Source: Nannocystales bacterium (GTDB lineage: Bacteria; Myxococcota_A; Polyangia; Nannocystales; Nannocystaceae). From it: a stretch of 64,000 nucleotides of DNA. Below the pieces are notes generated by a model. That model was not told where the DNA came from and did not search any database. It saw only the letters and a program-made list of their open reading frames with translations. The stretch spans positions 192,001 through 256,000 of the forward strand of contig JBOEGF010000008.1 of NCBI GenBank assembly GCA_050633305.1. The letters run 5' to 3'. The position numbers were made by a program, and so were the translations under genes. Positions 39,387 through 49,313 of this stretch are shown piece by piece; the first letter of the stretch is position 1; each line of letters begins with the position of its first letter.

Positions 39387-40733
39387 ATGAACGGAGCGCG
39401 CGCACTGGCTCTTCTGCTCGGCTCCTTGGGCATACTGGCCTGCCGTTCGGAGTCCTTCGTGTGCGAGTCCGACGAGGGCTGCCAGCTGGAAACGCTCCAG
39501 GGATTCTGCGAACCGTCTGGACACTGCTCGTTCCCCGACATGGACTGCGAGTCCGGTCGTCGATACGGCGAAAATGCCCCCTCCGCAATCGCCGGAGTGT
39601 GCGTCGGCGGAGGCCCTGGGAGCAGCACGGGACAGGACAACGCTTCGAGTTCCACCGGACCGGGCGCGAGCACGGGGGGCACGACGACCGACGCGTCCTC
39701 CTCCACGGCCCACGGCTCCTCGTCGAGCACCGACGCGCTCGAGTCCAGCGGAACATCCACCGACCCGACACCGAGCAACTACGTCTTCGTTTCGTCCCAG
39801 AGCGTTTCGCTCGGGCCGACGATCGTCGAGGACGCAGATGCGCTGTGCAACGAGCTGGCAGCACAGGCCGAGCTTCCCGGAACCTACGTCGCTTGGCTGT
39901 CCACCGATGAGGTCTCCGCGCTCTCGCGGTTGGATGGGTCGAGAGGTTGGCGCCGACCCGATGGCAAACCGGTCGTCGATCGCCCAGCGGACCTCTCTCA
40001 GGGCGGCCTGCTCTTTCCGCCCGTGCTCGACGAGACCGGCGCCACGCTCCGAACCGTTGCGCTCGTAACCGGCACCGGTGGAGGCGGGAGCGCAACCACC
40101 TCTAGGAACTGCAACAACTGGACGCAGTTCGACGGGGGCGTCACCGCTGCGGGTCGCTCCGGGTCCCTCTTCCCACAGTGGACAGACACCGGGAACGTCG
40201 GATGCGGGACCAAGAGTGCCCACGTCTATTGCTTCGGAACCGACCTCGACGAACCTCTACAGTTCGCCCCTTCTCAGGGGCGTGTCGCGTTCACCACAGT
40301 GACGATGGTCCCCGGGGACGAGGGCCTCGCTGCGTACGATGCGCTTTGCGAAGCCGAAGCCGAAGCCGCCAAGCTCGACGGCACCTTCCTCGCGGTCGTG
40401 GCGACAAGCCGCGGGTCGGCGCTCGGACGATTCGACCTCGACGGCCTCCCGTGGGTCAACACCGCCGGGGTTCCTCTTGACTCCACCGCAGCCGCAACGG
40501 CCGTCTCGGCGCAGTTCGACACGGCCCCCTCGTTTTCTGCGAACGGAGTCCCGCTCAGCGACGGGTACTGGACCGGGGCAACCTCACCGTCCAGCAGCGC
40601 CTCGCACAACTGCGGAGACTGGACCACGCTCTCCTCGGGCCGCTACCACCCGACCACTGCCACCGAGCCGTGGGACTTTCAGAACACAGCAGGATGCTCA
40701 AACCTGCGCAGGATCCTCTGTTTTGAGGAGTGA
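39387..40733 (+). CDS. Lipoprotein with Cys-rich N-module and two DUF1554/endostatin-like domains
   Basis: ILAC lipobox; the pattern DALC..A..A.L.GT..A...NC..WT..YCF/LCF occurs twice. Confidence 0.75.
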   Translation: MNGARALALLLGSLGILACRSESFVCESDEGCQLETLQGFCEPSGHCSFPDMDCESGRRYGENAPSAIAGVCVGGGPGSSTGQDNASSSTGPGASTGGTTTDASSSTAHGSSSSTDALESSGTSTDPTPSNYVFVSSQSVSLGPTIVEDADALCNELAAQAELPGTYVAWLSTDEVSALSRLDGSRGWRRPDGKPVVDRPADLSQGGLLFPPVLDETGATLRTVALVTGTGGGGSATTSRNCNNWTQFDGGVTAAGRSGSLFPQWTDTGNVGCGTKSAHVYCFGTDLDEPLQFAPSQGRVAFTTVTMVPGDEGLAAYDALCEAEAEAAKLDGTFLAVVATSRGSALGRFDLDGLPWVNTAGVPLDSTAAATAVSAQFDTAPSFSANGVPLSDGYWTGATSPSSSASHNCGDWTTLSSGRYHPTTATEPWDFQNTAGCSNLRRILCFEE

Positions 40734-40751
40734 GACCCTGAGCGATCGGCA

Positions 40752-41774
40752 CTACCGCAGGCTGTAGATTTCGGATTCGAACCACTCCAGCGTGGGTGCG
40801 CGCAGATACTCGGGTTTCTTACCGTCTGCGCAGATGATGTTGCGGTCCCCACACTCGATGGGCACGCCAGCTTCATCGACCACCGCATCGACGCCGATGC
40901 TCCCGGCCAGGATTCCGATCGACCACATCTCCGACCAATCGGAGCTGTCGAGAACGGTGTCCGCGAAGTAGACCGAATCGATCGCCCCGATCCCGATCAT
41001 CCCGTAGAACGTGTCCTCGGGACGGTTGACGATCTCGCAGCCGGTGCACCATAGCGAGCCGTGGCCGTCCCCCGCAGGGTTGCCGTTGAAGAGGATCGCA
41101 CGGTTGGTGACCTCGATCCGGACGTTGTCCAACCAGCTCAGCATCAACTGATGGTGGTAGGGCTCTCCCACCGCGCCGCTGAAGTCGACGCCCTGCGCTC
41201 CGCCGGCCAGCACCAGGTTCTGCAAGACGATGTGCTGCATCGTCTCGGAGCTTCCCTTGTTGCTGAACACGGCCTGACCGGTGGACTCGATCCTGGGTCG
41301 TTCCCCGTTCTCCCCCAACACCCCCACAAAGTGTCGATACCAGTGGTGGTGGGTGAAGACGGTGTCTTCCATCATGTACTCGCCAGGGTGGATGACCACA
41401 CGACACACCTCCTGCGTCGGACAGTCGACCCGGGTGGCGTCGAGTTCTTCGGCGTTGTGGACATCGAGGCAGAACCCGGGAAGGTCGAGCGTCGCGCAGT
41501 CTTGGACCCCCACGGGGACCCACGGTTCACCGGACTCCCCGGACGACGCACCGGCACTCAAGCCTGAAGTCGCCCCCGACGTCGATGACCCCGAGGTGCC
41601 CGACGCAACCTCGCCATCCGAATCCGGCTCAACATCGGCCCCGCTCGCTTCGGACCCAGTGGGTGTCCCCCCGGAGGTTCCTTCGCCCGACGGTGGTCGC
41701 TCGTTCGGCCCGGCCTCGCAGGCCGAGACAAACAGCGGGGCGCTCAGTGTGGCGGCAAGAATCGTTGTACGCAT
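40752..41774 (-). CDS. Hypothetical lipoprotein, possibly a beta-helix
   Basis: VSAC lipobox, Ser/Gly linker, IHPGEY, IVLQNLVL, LDNVRIE; last gene of the operon. Confidence 0.65.
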   Translation of the reverse strand: MRTTILAATLSAPLFVSACEAGPNERPPSGEGTSGGTPTGSEASGADVEPDSDGEVASGTSGSSTSGATSGLSAGASSGESGEPWVPVGVQDCATLDLPGFCLDVHNAEELDATRVDCPTQEVCRVVIHPGEYMMEDTVFTHHHWYRHFVGVLGENGERPRIESTGQAVFSNKGSSETMQHIVLQNLVLAGGAQGVDFSGAVGEPYHHQLMLSWLDNVRIEVTNRAILFNGNPAGDGHGSLWCTGCEIVNRPEDTFYGMIGIGAIDSVYFADTVLDSSDWSEMWSIGILAGSIGVDAVVDEAGVPIECGDRNIICADGKKPEYLRAPTLEWFESEIYSLR

Positions 41775-41777
41775 GGT

Positions 41778-43460
41778 CTACCAGCCAATCGAGAAGTCGT
41801 CGCTGCGGATGACGGCGCGAATCAGAGACCGAACGCTTCGATCGTTGTCGACGAAGGTATCGACATAGGCGTCCAGAGCCGTGTCATCACGACCCGGCAC
41901 CAAGTCCCGTCCCGTGACGAATTCGTGCACACGGCGAACCATGCAACTGTCGAACTCACCGGATTCGACCAGAATCTTGCCGAGACCCAGCGGACCGATG
42001 GTTCCATCCCCCGTCTGCCCGAACAGGGTGTAGTCCTCGGGCAAGAAGTCGATGAGTGCCGCGTCCGGGTTTTCCTCGAGGCGCACCGTCTCGACGGGGG
42101 TCATGAGCGTGTCGTACTCGAACGTGGAGATCGAGCGCTCGCGGTAGTCGTCGTCGAGGTCCAACGCCTGCAACGACCAATCCCCGACACCGCCGAATTG
42201 CGCGCCTCCACCGTAGAGGCGCTTGAAGTGCATGGACGCGGGGTCGATCAACTGATGGCAGTGCTCACAGACCCCCTCCGTCCCCGGGTCGCGCTGGAAG
42301 TCGTGAAACTCGACGTCCGCCGGAGGAGGCGTGAACTCGCGACACGCAAAGATCTCGAGCCACCGGGCGCCACGCACTCGCTCCCTCGGGAACGTGTAGT
42401 TGGGCGCCAACATCGAGAGCACCCCCGCCGCGGGCACCCCAGGGGGAGAGCCGTCCTCGACTCGTGGGTCGAAGCGCGTGTCTCGCTCGGACAGCATGTT
42501 CGGGTGCATGCTCTCAAACGACGTCTCCTTCCAGTGCGAGTCAGACGCATAGTCGCGGAACCATTCCGTCTCATCCAGGAAGTCGTTGCTTCCATTCTGT
42601 CGCCCGTTGCGCAGGTACATGTAGTGCAGCGGGCGGTTGACCAGGGTGTAGTCCCCGACGACGAGGTCGGACAGCGGACGGTCATTCGTGACGATGTATT
42701 GAAACAGCCGACCGGGTTCCTCGAACGCCGAACGCCGCATTGAGAGCGGGTCGAAGTTGTCGAAGTTCTCGCCTCCGCCGACACCGTCGCGCCGATTGCA
42801 ATAGACCAGATTGGGACCGCACGAGCAGCCGGGTGCTGGCCACTGGATGCGTCCGCGGGGTTTTCCGCAGTCGACGCCTCCGACGCTCCGAACGTCGGTT
42901 TGTCCGGCGGCACCGATCATGGTCACCGTCGACCCGGGTTCCCACCACGGCTCGATTTCTTCGATCGGCGCGCCCGGGTCGTCGCACAACTCCCAAGGTT
43001 CGCCGTACGCGGCGGAGTTGCTCAGCAGCCCGAGGGCGCCTTCGTGCGCCGTCCCGGCAGGACAGGCCATCACCTCCACACCGTAGTGCCCGTCAAAATC
43101 AGAGTTCACGAAGTCGGTTCGAAAGTCGTACGAACCCACACGAAGCAGCTCCATCCCAAAGCGGAGAATCGCGTCCTCGAACTCGGGTCCTTGGAGCAGC
43201 GCGTCGAGCCGTTCGACGACGGCGTCTTCGCGTTCGGCAGCCGGCAGCGCGAGGAGTTCCTCGTATTCTTCGACCGTTGGCGGCCGATTGGCGAGGGCCA
43301 TGTACCCCCGGCGCAACAGACGAGTTGCTTGAACCCGATGAGACTGCTGCCACCCCAGCGGAACATCGGCGGCCGGCTGAGCGGGAGCATCCTGCATGAG
43401 CGCAAATCCACCAGCGAGCAAGCCCACTGAAACCGTACCAACCATGACTAGCGTCTTCAT
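41778..43460 (-). CDS. DUF1585/DUF1588-like exported protein with a CxxCH motif
   Basis: RPPTVEE, AGVLS, RVRG, CEHCHQLIDP, FDSCMVRR..GR, VRSLIRAVIRSDDF. Confidence 0.75.
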   Translation of the reverse strand: MKTLVMVGTVSVGLLAGGFALMQDAPAQPAADVPLGWQQSHRVQATRLLRRGYMALANRPPTVEEYEELLALPAAEREDAVVERLDALLQGPEFEDAILRFGMELLRVGSYDFRTDFVNSDFDGHYGVEVMACPAGTAHEGALGLLSNSAAYGEPWELCDDPGAPIEEIEPWWEPGSTVTMIGAAGQTDVRSVGGVDCGKPRGRIQWPAPGCSCGPNLVYCNRRDGVGGGENFDNFDPLSMRRSAFEEPGRLFQYIVTNDRPLSDLVVGDYTLVNRPLHYMYLRNGRQNGSNDFLDETEWFRDYASDSHWKETSFESMHPNMLSERDTRFDPRVEDGSPPGVPAAGVLSMLAPNYTFPRERVRGARWLEIFACREFTPPPADVEFHDFQRDPGTEGVCEHCHQLIDPASMHFKRLYGGGAQFGGVGDWSLQALDLDDDYRERSISTFEYDTLMTPVETVRLEENPDAALIDFLPEDYTLFGQTGDGTIGPLGLGKILVESGEFDSCMVRRVHEFVTGRDLVPGRDDTALDAYVDTFVDNDRSVRSLIRAVIRSDDFSIGW

Positions 43461-45052
43461 CCGCGCACCCCCACAATTTCACCGACGCCCCCGGGCACGA
43501 AGACGTCTTCGATGCCCATAAGTTGGAGCGCTGTCCACACCACATCCGCACTGCGAGGCATCCGCTCAATCGCGTCACCGCCCTCACTGATCAGGGGCGT
43601 CGGCACCCCGATCGGGCTCGGGCTCTCCACCTCGAGGTCGAAGTTCCCAAGCTGCCTGTTTCCCCGGACGCCTCCACCCGCGAGCACGACAGAGGTGAAC
43701 GGCCAATGGTCACACGCGGTCCCTGGCCACGTGCGGGAGAACTCGCTGAAGACCACGACCAGGGTGTCATCCAGCAGCGAGCGTCCAGGCTCCACCTCCG
43801 TCGCATCCATCTCATGGAGCAGACGCGCGACCTGTTCCAGGACCACACGCCCCTGAAGGAACTGTTGCTGGGCACCCTCGGCACCGTCATGGGTGTCGAA
43901 GTAGAACCCGTCGATGCCCAAGGTCTCGATACTGACTGCACTGGACATGTCGGACTTGAACAGCTTGAGCGCGAGGTCAAACTGGTCGTTCCACGCAGCG
44001 CCCGCGTCCGACCCGTTGGCGAGTCCAAACTTCACGCCGTACGGCGGCGGACCCCCGCCGGGAACCGCCCACGACGGAAGGAAGTGCTCCCACCCAGCGG
44101 TCGCCTCCAGCGTCGTGACCAGGTCCTTGCCAAGTTGGCGCGACACCGCCGAGTACGTCTCGTAGATGTCCTCGTAGAAGGCGTTCGTGCCCGTGTTGAC
44201 GGTGCCATAGAGACCCCGCATGCGACGCAGTGCGTACTCGTCCATGGCATTGGTATCAATCGTTCCAAGCCGCGGCCGGGAATCGAAGGAGAACTCGTCA
44301 TGCGGGGCTCTATCCCGCAACCCCGCCCACGCCACGTCCGATCGTTCGGACAACGTCGCTTCGAGTGTCGCAGAAGAGAGGATCTTCGTCGGGGATGCCG
44401 TACTACCGAGCGAAGCCGGGCGGGGGGACGGACCACCGCCGATCGAGACACTCTGCAACGGCCGATGCGGAAAACGATCGAACATGGCATCCGCGACGAA
44501 CGCACCGAGTGCCGGGCTGCGGAACTTCGGACCCGCGACGCCACTCATCATGCTCACCCGCCCGCTTCGGTGGTCCGCCGTGCCCGCATCGATTCCATGA
44601 ACCACGCAGGCACGCTGAAACATGTCGTTGTGCTTCCACGCGTACCCCAGAGGCGACGACACGGAGTTCTGAGGGTCGATCCCGTTGGCGATGATCTCGG
44701 CCTCGTTCCACAACACCGGCGCACGCATGCGTTTCGCATGGGCAACCTCGGGGTCCGGCGCATCACCGCTACCGTCCAGGTTCTCGACGTCCGACGGGTC
44801 GTAGAAGCAGGGCTCGCCCAGGTAGGTCTGTGGGCCCGGGTACACGGACTGGATCTGTGTCGCCGACAGTGGCGTGAAGAAGAGTTCGGGCATCCAGCCA
44901 CCGCGGACGTAAATGGACAACAGCCGGCTGGGATGCCCGCTGTCGCCGCCAGCGCGGGCACGTCGGGGCCGACTTCCCATGGCGCCAAGCAGCGCCAGCT
45001 GGGACGCGCCCAGTCCGGTTTGAAGCAGTTTTCTCCGAGTCAGGTGTCGCAT
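43457..45052 (-). CDS. Tat-exported DUF1501-like protein
   Basis: LTRRKLL twin-arginine signal, GGW, FDTH, SEFSRT, DHW, LAGGGVRG. Confidence 0.82.
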   Translation of the reverse strand: MRHLTRRKLLQTGLGASQLALLGAMGSRPRRARAGGDSGHPSRLLSIYVRGGWMPELFFTPLSATQIQSVYPGPQTYLGEPCFYDPSDVENLDGSGDAPDPEVAHAKRMRAPVLWNEAEIIANGIDPQNSVSSPLGYAWKHNDMFQRACVVHGIDAGTADHRSGRVSMMSGVAGPKFRSPALGAFVADAMFDRFPHRPLQSVSIGGGPSPRPASLGSTASPTKILSSATLEATLSERSDVAWAGLRDRAPHDEFSFDSRPRLGTIDTNAMDEYALRRMRGLYGTVNTGTNAFYEDIYETYSAVSRQLGKDLVTTLEATAGWEHFLPSWAVPGGGPPPYGVKFGLANGSDAGAAWNDQFDLALKLFKSDMSSAVSIETLGIDGFYFDTHDGAEGAQQQFLQGRVVLEQVARLLHEMDATEVEPGRSLLDDTLVVVFSEFSRTWPGTACDHWPFTSVVLAGGGVRGNRQLGNFDLEVESPSPIGVPTPLISEGGDAIERMPRSADVVWTALQLMGIEDVFVPGGVGEIVGVRG

Positions 45053-45064
45053 CGCATCGCTCCG

Positions 45065-46144
45065 TTAGAAGGTGATCCAAAGAGGGTCTCGGACGAAGGC
45101 CGAGCACACCGCAACCCAAGCGGTCTGCGAGTCTTCCGACGCCTCGTAGGGCAGATAGACTTCGCGGTACATGGCCTCGACTTCTTCGTCGGTGGCCTGC
45201 ACACCCAGCATCCGTAGGAACAGGTACTCGATGTTCTGGCGGATCTGGGGTTCCTCGGTGGCACTGTTGCTCGTGGGACCAGCATGCCGAAAGAGCGCGT
45301 CCCGACCGAGCGTGATCGAGGTTCGGCACCACGCCTGGGCCATGGGGCCGAGCGTCTGCACGAACAGGTTGTTGACGCCTGGACTTCGCGCGTCGCCGCG
45401 GATCATGTCGCCGCCGCCAAGCGCGAGCCACCGCTCCTCGGCGCCCGCCTTCGAGTTGTGCCCCGAGGGGAGTTCGGGAAAGGTTGGGTCGTCGAGAGGG
45501 AACCGCGAGGAGTGGTCGACGTCGTCGATCGTCAGGTCGAGCTGATCCAACAGTCCGGCCTGGATCTGCTCAGCGAGGATCGGCCGAGCGAACCGAGGCG
45601 AAAGGTCGACGCTTGGGAGGTCGCAGACCTCGAGGTCCTCGATCCACATGGAGAGTTCCTCCATGCCGATCTCCACCGCGCCTTCCTCATCGAGTTGCGC
45701 ATAGCTGACCGCGCCCGGTGGCATCTGGTTGAGCGGAGGTGGCGCTTCGCCGCGAAGCATGTCCAACAGCGGGCTCTCGTCCGGAGCTCCCAACGTCACG
45801 AGGTCGGCGTTGTAGACGACGAGACGCTCAAAGCTCGCGAAGTCGGCGGCCAGAGGAACGCTCGTACCTTCGTCGTGGCACCCGACGCACGCGCCCCCCA
45901 TCCGTTGGAACACCTCGTAACTCGGCGTTCGACACTCGCTGATCAGTGGGTCAGCGCTGTCGGAGCCCTCGCCGGTCTCGGTCCCACCATCGTCGACGGC
46001 ATCCGGATCCCCTCCGCCCCCGGCGGTGCCATCGTCTGTCTCCGCCCCACCATTCGCATTCGCGGCCGCCCCGCGATAGCAGCCAGGGGTGGCCACCGCA
46101 CCCAGCGTGAACACCACAAACAATCGATCAACCCCGTGCATCAC
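45065..46144 (-). CDS. Hypothetical lipoprotein with a c-type haem motif
   Basis: TPGC lipobox, CVGCH, PDESPLL, MPP, WI (planctomycete cytochrome-like pattern). Confidence 0.7.
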   Translation of the reverse strand: MMHGVDRLFVVFTLGAVATPGCYRGAAANANGGAETDDGTAGGGGDPDAVDDGGTETGEGSDSADPLISECRTPSYEVFQRMGGACVGCHDEGTSVPLAADFASFERLVVYNADLVTLGAPDESPLLDMLRGEAPPPLNQMPPGAVSYAQLDEEGAVEIGMEELSMWIEDLEVCDLPSVDLSPRFARPILAEQIQAGLLDQLDLTIDDVDHSSRFPLDDPTFPELPSGHNSKAGAEERWLALGGGDMIRGDARSPGVNNLFVQTLGPMAQAWCRTSITLGRDALFRHAGPTSNSATEEPQIRQNIEYLFLRMLGVQATDEEVEAMYREVYLPYEASEDSQTAWVAVCSAFVRDPLWITF

Positions 46145-46167
46145 CCATCCGTCCCTTGAGACGAGGG

Positions 46168-46200
46168 AGTTGGACGGGGCAGCTCGAACGGCTCACCAAA
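46168..46200 (-). promoter_or_regulatory. Putative ECF promoter for the leftward operon
   Basis: Minus strand reads TTTGGTGAGC-N18-CAACT. Confidence 0.6.
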
Positions 46201-46326
46201 GTGCAGAAAAAAGCGACATGGGCCTTCATCCCCCACACCTGGGTGCACGACCACCCACGGGAAGCTGGCATCACTCGGATGCCGCCCAGAGCAGCGACAG
46301 CACCACGTTCTGCGGATGGCGGACAA

Positions 46327-46359
46327 TTTGGTGAGCTGAAATGCCGGGGTTGCGCGACT
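46327..46359 (+). promoter_or_regulatory. Putative autoregulatory ECF promoter for the sigma operon
   Basis: Plus strand reads TTTGGTGAGC-N18-CGACT. Confidence 0.6.
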
Positions 46360-46370
46360 ATCATCAGCGC

Positions 46371-47006
46371 GTGGCGCAACAGGCAGGAGACGAGCAAAAA
46401 CGTCCAGCCAACGTTGCCGTCCTGCGTTTTCAAGGGTCCGATGCGCAACTCCTCGAACTGGTCCGGTCCCGCGACCCCACCGCCCCAGCTGCGGTATTTG
46501 ACCGCTTCGAACAAGACGTCAACCGGCTCATCTGGCGATGCCTGGGTGCCGACACGGACCACGATGACCTCGTGCACGAGACGTTTCTGCACGTCCTCAA
46601 AGGAATGGCCCGCGTGCGAGACCCGGAGGCGCTACGCGGGTGGGTTGCCTCCGTGGCGGTCAACACCGCCCGCAGCGAGCTCCGCAAGCGCCGGTTCCGA
46701 CGCGGATTTTGGTCCACCGAGCCCATGCCAGACGTTGGAGCGGAACCCGCGGACACCGAGGGCCGCGACATGCTGCGCCAGGTCTACCGGATCCTCGACC
46801 GACTCCCCACAGACGAGCGCATCGCGTTCATTTTGCGGCACGTCGAACAACGCCCGCTCGAGCATGTCGCCGAGATGGCGGGCTGCTCGCTCGCGACGAT
46901 CAAGCGCCGACTGGCCAAGGCGAACAAGCGTTTCGCTGCGATCGCGAAGAAGGACCCTGCGCTGGCAGACCGCCTGGCTGTATCCAAGTGGGGAGGGCGC
47001 GCATGA
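46371..47006 (+). CDS. ECF sigma-70 factor
   Basis: DDLVHETF, LRGW...VAVN, LDRLP..ERIAF, CSLATIKRRL; GTG 46371 preferred as start. Confidence 0.92.
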   Translation: MAQQAGDEQKRPANVAVLRFQGSDAQLLELVRSRDPTAPAAVFDRFEQDVNRLIWRCLGADTDHDDLVHETFLHVLKGMARVRDPEALRGWVASVAVNTARSELRKRRFRRGFWSTEPMPDVGAEPADTEGRDMLRQVYRILDRLPTDERIAFILRHVEQRPLEHVAEMAGCSLATIKRRLAKANKRFAAIAKKDPALADRLAVSKWGGRA

Positions 47007-48250
47007 CCGAACGACATGACCCCGCTGCCGTCGGCCGGGACCTCGCGGCTGCGCTCGGAGACGGACCCGACCAACGGCGGCGCTTGGCACAGCGCGAACG
47101 GCTGGTGCGAGCGGCCGCCCCCGAGCAGAGCCGCGTATGGCTCCCATGGGTTGTCGCGCTCGCAGCGGTCGTCATCGCCATTGTCGGTACCGCCGCGTGG
47201 GTACGTCCAAGGAATCCCAACACCACCTCCGCGAGCCGCGAAGACTCCTTGGCGCACTCTGGCCGTTGGCTGGAAGCGTCACCGACCGGTGCTGTGCAGC
47301 TGGCTCTCGATGAGGGGACGTGGGTCCGCATCGTTGAGGGTGGCCGAGCGCGAGTCGCCACCCCGACCCGCGGCTCGGGCCGCATAGCTCTCGAGTCCGG
47401 CCGCGTCGAAGCTGAAGTTGAACCGAGTGCCGCGCGGTCGTGGACGGTGGAGGCTGGCCCGTATGAAGTCACCGTGGTGGGCACGGTTTTCTCCGTCGAC
47501 TGGGACGCCGCCGCCTCCCGCCTTGAGGTCGAAGTCGTCCGCGGGAAAGTGGTGGTGACGGGAGAATCGATCGGGAGCGAGTCGATCGCAGTGGAAGCCG
47601 GCCACCGCCTCCAGGCCGACCATGCTCGACGCTCGGTCACCCTTGAACCGCGAGACAACGCGGGAGAAGAGCTCGTGGTGCTTCTCGAAGAACCGCCCCC
47701 TGCCGACCCCGAAGAGAAAGTGCGGGCAGACGTACCGCTGGAACGCGCCAAGCGACGTCCCTCTCGCCGACAGGCCCCTCCGCAAGCGACGTGGAAGTCC
47801 GAGGCAACCGCGGGCAACTACACCGCGGCGATGACTCTCGCGAAACGCCGAGGGGTCGACGGGCTGCTCGCATCTTTGACGGGGAGCGACCTCATCCTCC
47901 TTGCAGACACCGCCCGGCTCGCGCGCGACCGCGGTCTCGCCCGACGTGCCTACGTCCGCGTCCGAGAGCGTTTCAAGGGGTCCAAGCAGGCCGCTCGTGC
48001 GGCGTTCCAACTCGGCCGGCTCGCTGCAGACGGTGCCAAGCAGCATACGCAGGCCGCACAGTACTTCTCCACCTACCTCGAGGAAGCGCCCCGTGGTGCT
48101 TACGCCCGCGAGGCTCGCGGTCGTCTGGTGCAGTCTCTCGACGCCGCCGGTGACTCCAAGGCTGCCTCGAACGCCGCACGCAAGTACCTGAAGCTTCACC
48201 CCAAGGGACCGCACGCCAGGCTGTCGCGGTCGCTGGCGGAGGCGCCCTGA
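47003..48250 (+). CDS. FecR-domain anti-sigma factor with C-terminal TPR
   Basis: ATGA overlap with the sigma gene; TM helix; LESGRV, VTVVGTVFSV, VVRGKV; TPR ending YLKLHPKGPHA. Confidence 0.88.
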   Translation: MTERHDPAAVGRDLAAALGDGPDQRRRLAQRERLVRAAAPEQSRVWLPWVVALAAVVIAIVGTAAWVRPRNPNTTSASREDSLAHSGRWLEASPTGAVQLALDEGTWVRIVEGGRARVATPTRGSGRIALESGRVEAEVEPSAARSWTVEAGPYEVTVVGTVFSVDWDAAASRLEVEVVRGKVVVTGESIGSESIAVEAGHRLQADHARRSVTLEPRDNAGEELVVLLEEPPPADPEEKVRADVPLERAKRRPSRRQAPPQATWKSEATAGNYTAAMTLAKRRGVDGLLASLTGSDLILLADTARLARDRGLARRAYVRVRERFKGSKQAARAAFQLGRLAADGAKQHTQAAQYFSTYLEEAPRGAYAREARGRLVQSLDAAGDSKAASNAARKYLKLHPKGPHARLSRSLAEAP

Positions 48251-49305
48251 TCCTCGCTTGGGTTGCGGCGGCCGCGACCACCGTCGCCGGACCTGAGGTC
48301 GCCGTGCAAACCGACGCTGACGACAAGGTGCAGCGCTCGGCCCAGGTCCTGTTGGTCACCACCGCAGGCGGCGACGAATCCGGCCTTGGAGTCCGTGTGC
48401 GCCGAACTCGTGCCGAACTCGAGGCCGCGGGGTTCGACGTGCTTGAAGTTGGGCTCACCGCGGAGATTCAGTCCATCGGCGACGCACGGATCGCAGGGCT
48501 GGCCGACGAGTACTCTTGCCGCGCCCTGTTGTTGATGCATCCGAGCAAAGCGCAGGCGGACCTTTGGTCGGTCAGCGACGACGCGGTGCCCCGACGGCGT
48601 GCGGTCGTCGTCGGTGATGCGGTCGCCAGCGAGGGTGAATCGGTGTTCGCCGTTCGGGCCGCCGAGGTGCTACAGGCGACGCTCCTCGAGGTCGAAGAGC
48701 ACGAACGTCCGACGCCCCCTCCGCCCGAGCAGGCACCGAAGTCCCAGCCCCTCCCGACTCCGCCACCCGCACCGGCTCCTCGCTGGGGCCTGCGGTTGGG
48801 CGCACACCTCGGTGGTGCGGGACGCGACCTGGGCGTTCTTCTGGGGCCCAGCGCCGGCGCAACGATCGCGCTGGGACCGCGCCGCCGTCTGGCCCTGGAC
48901 ATCGACGCTTGGGCCACAGGATTGACCGGTCGTCTCGCGGCGCGTGAGGGTGACGCCCGCGTGGGGTTCGGTGTCATGCGTGGGACCGTGGGATGGTGGC
49001 CAGTACCCACGCACCGGGTATCTCCAGGCTTTGGTCTCGGATGGGGTGGTCTTGTCGCATGGACGCAAGGACATGGGCGAGACGGGTTTCGCGGAAGGAC
49101 TGACGTCACCGTGGTGGGCACACCGGTTGCCTCGGCCGATGTCGCGTTCTTGGTAACACCTCGGTTTCGGATCCGGCTCGGCACGCGGGTCGGAGTCGCA
49201 CTCCCGGCGATCCAGCTGCTCACTGCTTCGGGACCGACCCGCGCCGCGCAGCCGTTGCTCGATGGCGGTGTGACGTTCGAACTCCTCTCCGGGCGCGAGT
49301 CGTGA
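48247..49305 (+). CDS. Exported protein with C-terminal outer-membrane beta-barrel-like domain (possible CTG start)
   Basis: Alternating Gly/hydrophobic strands after a Pro linker. The frame is open upstream of GTG 48304, and a CTG at 48247 adds a signal-like segment. Confidence 0.65.
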   Translation: MILAWVAAAATTVAGPEVAVQTDADDKVQRSAQVLLVTTAGGDESGLGVRVRRTRAELEAAGFDVLEVGLTAEIQSIGDARIAGLADEYSCRALLLMHPSKAQADLWSVSDDAVPRRRAVVVGDAVASEGESVFAVRAAEVLQATLLEVEEHERPTPPPPEQAPKSQPLPTPPPAPAPRWGLRLGAHLGGAGRDLGVLLGPSAGATIALGPRRRLALDIDAWATGLTGRLAAREGDARVGFGVMRGTVGWWPVPTHRVSPGFGLGWGGLVAWTQGHGRDGFRGRTDVTVVGTPVASADVAFLVTPRFRIRLGTRVGVALPAIQLLTASGPTRAAQPLLDGGVTFELLSGRES

Positions 49306-49313
49306 GGTAGGTT

